Positions 34,186 to 36,989 of a DNA stretch of 36,989 nucleotides are shown here, in pieces. Every line of letters begins with the position of its first letter. The stretch's first letter is position 1. The stretch is from Octopus bimaculoides (Eukaryota), in contig NC_068991.1 in assembly GCF_001194135.2 (NCBI RefSeq), positions 68,519,838 through 68,556,826 of the forward strand, written 5' to 3'. A program made the position numbers and the translations under genes. Below the pieces are notes generated by a model. The model was not told the origin of the DNA and made no database searches. It was given only the letters and a program-made list of their open reading frames with translations.

Positions 34186-34791
34186 GANNNNNNNNNNNNN
34201 NNNNNNNNNNNNNNNNNNNNNNNNNNNNNNNNNNNNNNNNNNNNNNNNNNNNNNNNNNNNNNNNNNNNNNNNNNNNNNNNNNNNNNNNNNNNNNNNNNNN
34301 NNNNNNNNNNNNNNNNNNNNNNNNNNNNNNNNNNNNNNNNNNNNNNNNNNNNNNNNNNNNNNNNNNNNNNNNNNNNNNNNNNNNNNNNNNNNNNNNNNNN
34401 NNNNNNNNNNNNNNNNNNNNNNNNNNNNNNNNNNNNNNNNNNNNNNNNNNNNNNNNNNNNNNNNNNNNNNNNNNNNNNNNNNNNNNNNNNNNNNNNNNNN
34501 NNNNNNNNNNNNNNNNNNNNNNNNNNNNNNNNNNNNNNNNNNNNNNNNNNNNNNNNNNNNNNNNNNNNNNNNNNNNNNNNNNNNNNNNNNNNNNNNNNNN
34601 NNNNNNNNNNNNNNNNNNNNNNNNNNNNNNNNNNNNNNNNNNNNNNNNNNNNNNNNNNNNNNNNNNNNNNNNNNNNNNNNNNNNNNNNNNNNNNNNNNNN
34701 NNNNNNNNNNNNNNNNNNNNNNNNNNNNNNNNNNNNNNNNNNNNNNNNNNNNNNNNNNNNNNNNNNNNNNNNNNNNNNNNNNNNNNNNNNN

Positions 34792-34823
<32 letters not shown>

Positions 34824-35491
34824 TCATGGACACACGCTCAGGTATGCGCGCGCACAAATACTCGCACAAAATTATGTACCTATCGACGTATGTAAATATG
34901 TGTTGTGAGGCATTCTTATGTATATGTGTGTATGTGTGTATGTGCGTGTGTTATATAATGTGATGTATGTGTGTATGAATGAATCTAGGTATGTGTGTAT
35001 GTATAGGTATATATCTGTATGGATGTCATATAACATAAATATATGTATTTTGGGGGTTTGCGCATGTACACGATTTAATTTTTCGCCTTAAAAACATTGA
35101 AAAAAAAAAAATGAAGTTTAAGCATTTCAAGATTCAGGCAATGCAATGAATATAATATCAAAATAGACAAAGTAAGCAATGTTGAGATAGCATCACCAAG
35201 CAACAGCAATAAAAAATGCAGCAACAACAACAACAACAACCACAACGAAAGGAACATCAATAAGAACATCCACAATTGTTATAATGAGAGTAATTATAAT
35301 ATATATACGAAAATAAAACAATAACTAGAAAATATAACTCGATAAATATAAGGAAGAGAATATGAGCAAAACGAAATATTAGTATAAAATCGAAGTGATG
35401 AAAAGACTAAATTTGAGTAGAATCATTAGAGGTAGGAGATTGTCATTATTAATCGCAAATTAATCTGTAAGTCATTAGTATATTACACCAT

Positions 35492-35530
<39 letters not shown>

Positions 35531-36122
35531 TATATAATATATATATATTTATACAAAAATATATATACATATATATATATGACTACGTATATATATATAA
35601 ATATTACATATATACATATATATGATTACATATATATANNNNNNNNNNNNNNNNNNNNNNNNNNNNNNNNNNNNNNNNNNNNNNNNNNNNNNNNNNNNNN
35701 NNNNNNNNNNNNNNNNNNNNNNNNNNNNNNNNNNNNNNNNNNNNNNNNNNNNNNNNNNNNNNNNNNNNNNNNNNNNNNNNNNNNNNNNNNNNNNNNNNNN
35801 NNNNNNNNNNNNNNNNNNNNNNNNNNNNNNNNNNNNNNNNNNNNNNNNNNNNNNNNNNNNNNNNNNNNNNNNNNNNNNNNNNNNNNNNNNNNNNNNNNNN
35901 NNNNNNNNNNNNNNNNNNNNNNNNNNNNNNNNNNNNNNNNNNNNNNNNNNNNNNNNNNNNNNNNNNNNNNNNNNNNNNNNNNNNNNNNNNNNNNNNNNNN
36001 NNNNNNNNNNNNNNNNNNNNNNNNNNNNNNNNNNNNNNNNNNNNNNNNNNNNNNNNNNNNNNNNNNNNNNNNNNNNNNNNNNNNNNNNNNNNNNNNNNNN
36101 NNNNNNNNNNNNNNNNNNNNNN

Positions 36123-36170
<48 letters not shown>

Positions 36171-36242
36171 GTGGAAATGGATGCGTGGCGTTCGATTATA
36201 TAATAATACAAATAATATATGTATGCATAAATACGCACATAC

Positions 36243-36693
36243 ATATATATGTATATATATACATGCATATATGGGTACATGACGTCCAAAAATGGGAACC
36301 AAATGCGAAACGAGAACATAAAACACAAAAGCATGGAAAACGAACTTTCTTTCGAACAACGAAAGAAACATGTAGAGAAACCAGATAGGCAACATAAAGA
36401 ACATTCCCTTCATCAGATGTCCCCTGCTTTATCTACTCCACGTTTTGAAGGTAGTAACAAGACGCGACTTCGTTAAAACAGTCCTTCCTGCAAAGTAAAT
36501 TGAATAAATTTTGTGATTTCTGCAAAGGCTTAAAGTGGTAAAAAGAAACGGTGAGGGCAGTTAAGACATGTCGAGTTGACCGAAAAATGGCTCATTTCTC
36601 ATGCTTTTGTTTTTTATGTTCTCGTTTCTCTTTTTGCCCAGGTTGTTTTGATGTCCTGTTCACATATATGCATGTATATATATACATATATAT
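36243..36693. mobile_element. Second inverted-arm, Penelope-like element
   Basis: Inverted repeats 36243-36273 / 36663-36693 (31/31 identical) and 36307-36335 / 36600-36628 (28/29 identical). CTGATGA on minus at 36410-36416, preceded by a decayed TTC(G>A)AAACGT. Related to 2645-2790. Confidence 0.6.
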
Positions 36694-36696
36694 ATA

Positions 36697-36989
36697 GGCG
36701 TAAGAGTGGCTGTGTGGTACGTAGCTTGCTTACCAACCACATGGTCCTGGGTTCAGTCCCACTGCGTGGCATCTTGGGCAAGTGTCTTCTACTATAGCCT
36801 CGGGCCGACCAAAGCCTTGTGAGTGGATTTGGTAGACGGAAACTGAAAGAAGCCCGTCGTATATATGTATATATATATGTGTGTGTATGTGTGTCTGTGT
36901 TTGTCCCCCCAACATCGCTTGACAACCGATGCTGGTGTGTTTATGTCCCCGTAACTTCGCGCTTCGGCAAAAAGAGACCGATAGAATAA
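36697..36989 (+). mobile_element. SINE family A (runs off the window end)
   Basis: A-box-like TGGCTGTGTGG (36707-36717) and B-box-like GGTTCAGTCC (36750-36759). Then CTTGGGCAAGTGTCTT (CORE-like), an internal TA/TG microsatellite, and AACCGATGCTGGTGTGTTTA. Confidence 0.92.

Overview
AT-rich animal genomic DNA from a gappy short-read assembly: 19 N-gaps totalling roughly 8.9 kb (about 24% of the window, manual tally), most bordered by microsatellites. The repeat families look, from memory, like those of an octopus or other coleoid cephalopod; I have not database-checked this. I cannot support any intact host protein-coding gene. Nearly all ORFs in the track are artefacts of N-runs or microsatellites. 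Three protein-homologous stretches are all transposon relics: an internally deleted mariner (3002-3940, minus), an RTE-clade LINE 3' remnant (10203-10900, plus) and the C-terminus plus 3' UTR of an R4/Dong-like retrotransposon sitting inside (AAT)n (18655-19010, plus). There are about 20 copies or fragments of four tRNA-derived SINE families that share modules. The most notable structures are: (1) a Penelope-like insertion with inverted arms, each carrying a minimal hammerhead-ribozyme motif, bounded by a perfect 10-bp target-site duplication (28421-29577); (2) a second inverted-arm element with permuted hammerhead-like half-sites (36243-36693), with a relative at 2645-2790; (3) a 535-bp GG-terminated, 8-bp-TSD (Merlin-like) foldback MITE (27357-27891); (4) repeated evidence of retroelements inserting into, carrying or joining to microsatellites. 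One ambiguous candidate exon or 5' gene region lies at about 23.9-24.3 kb. These structures most likely belong to known element classes; whether the families themselves are undescribed needs database searches.
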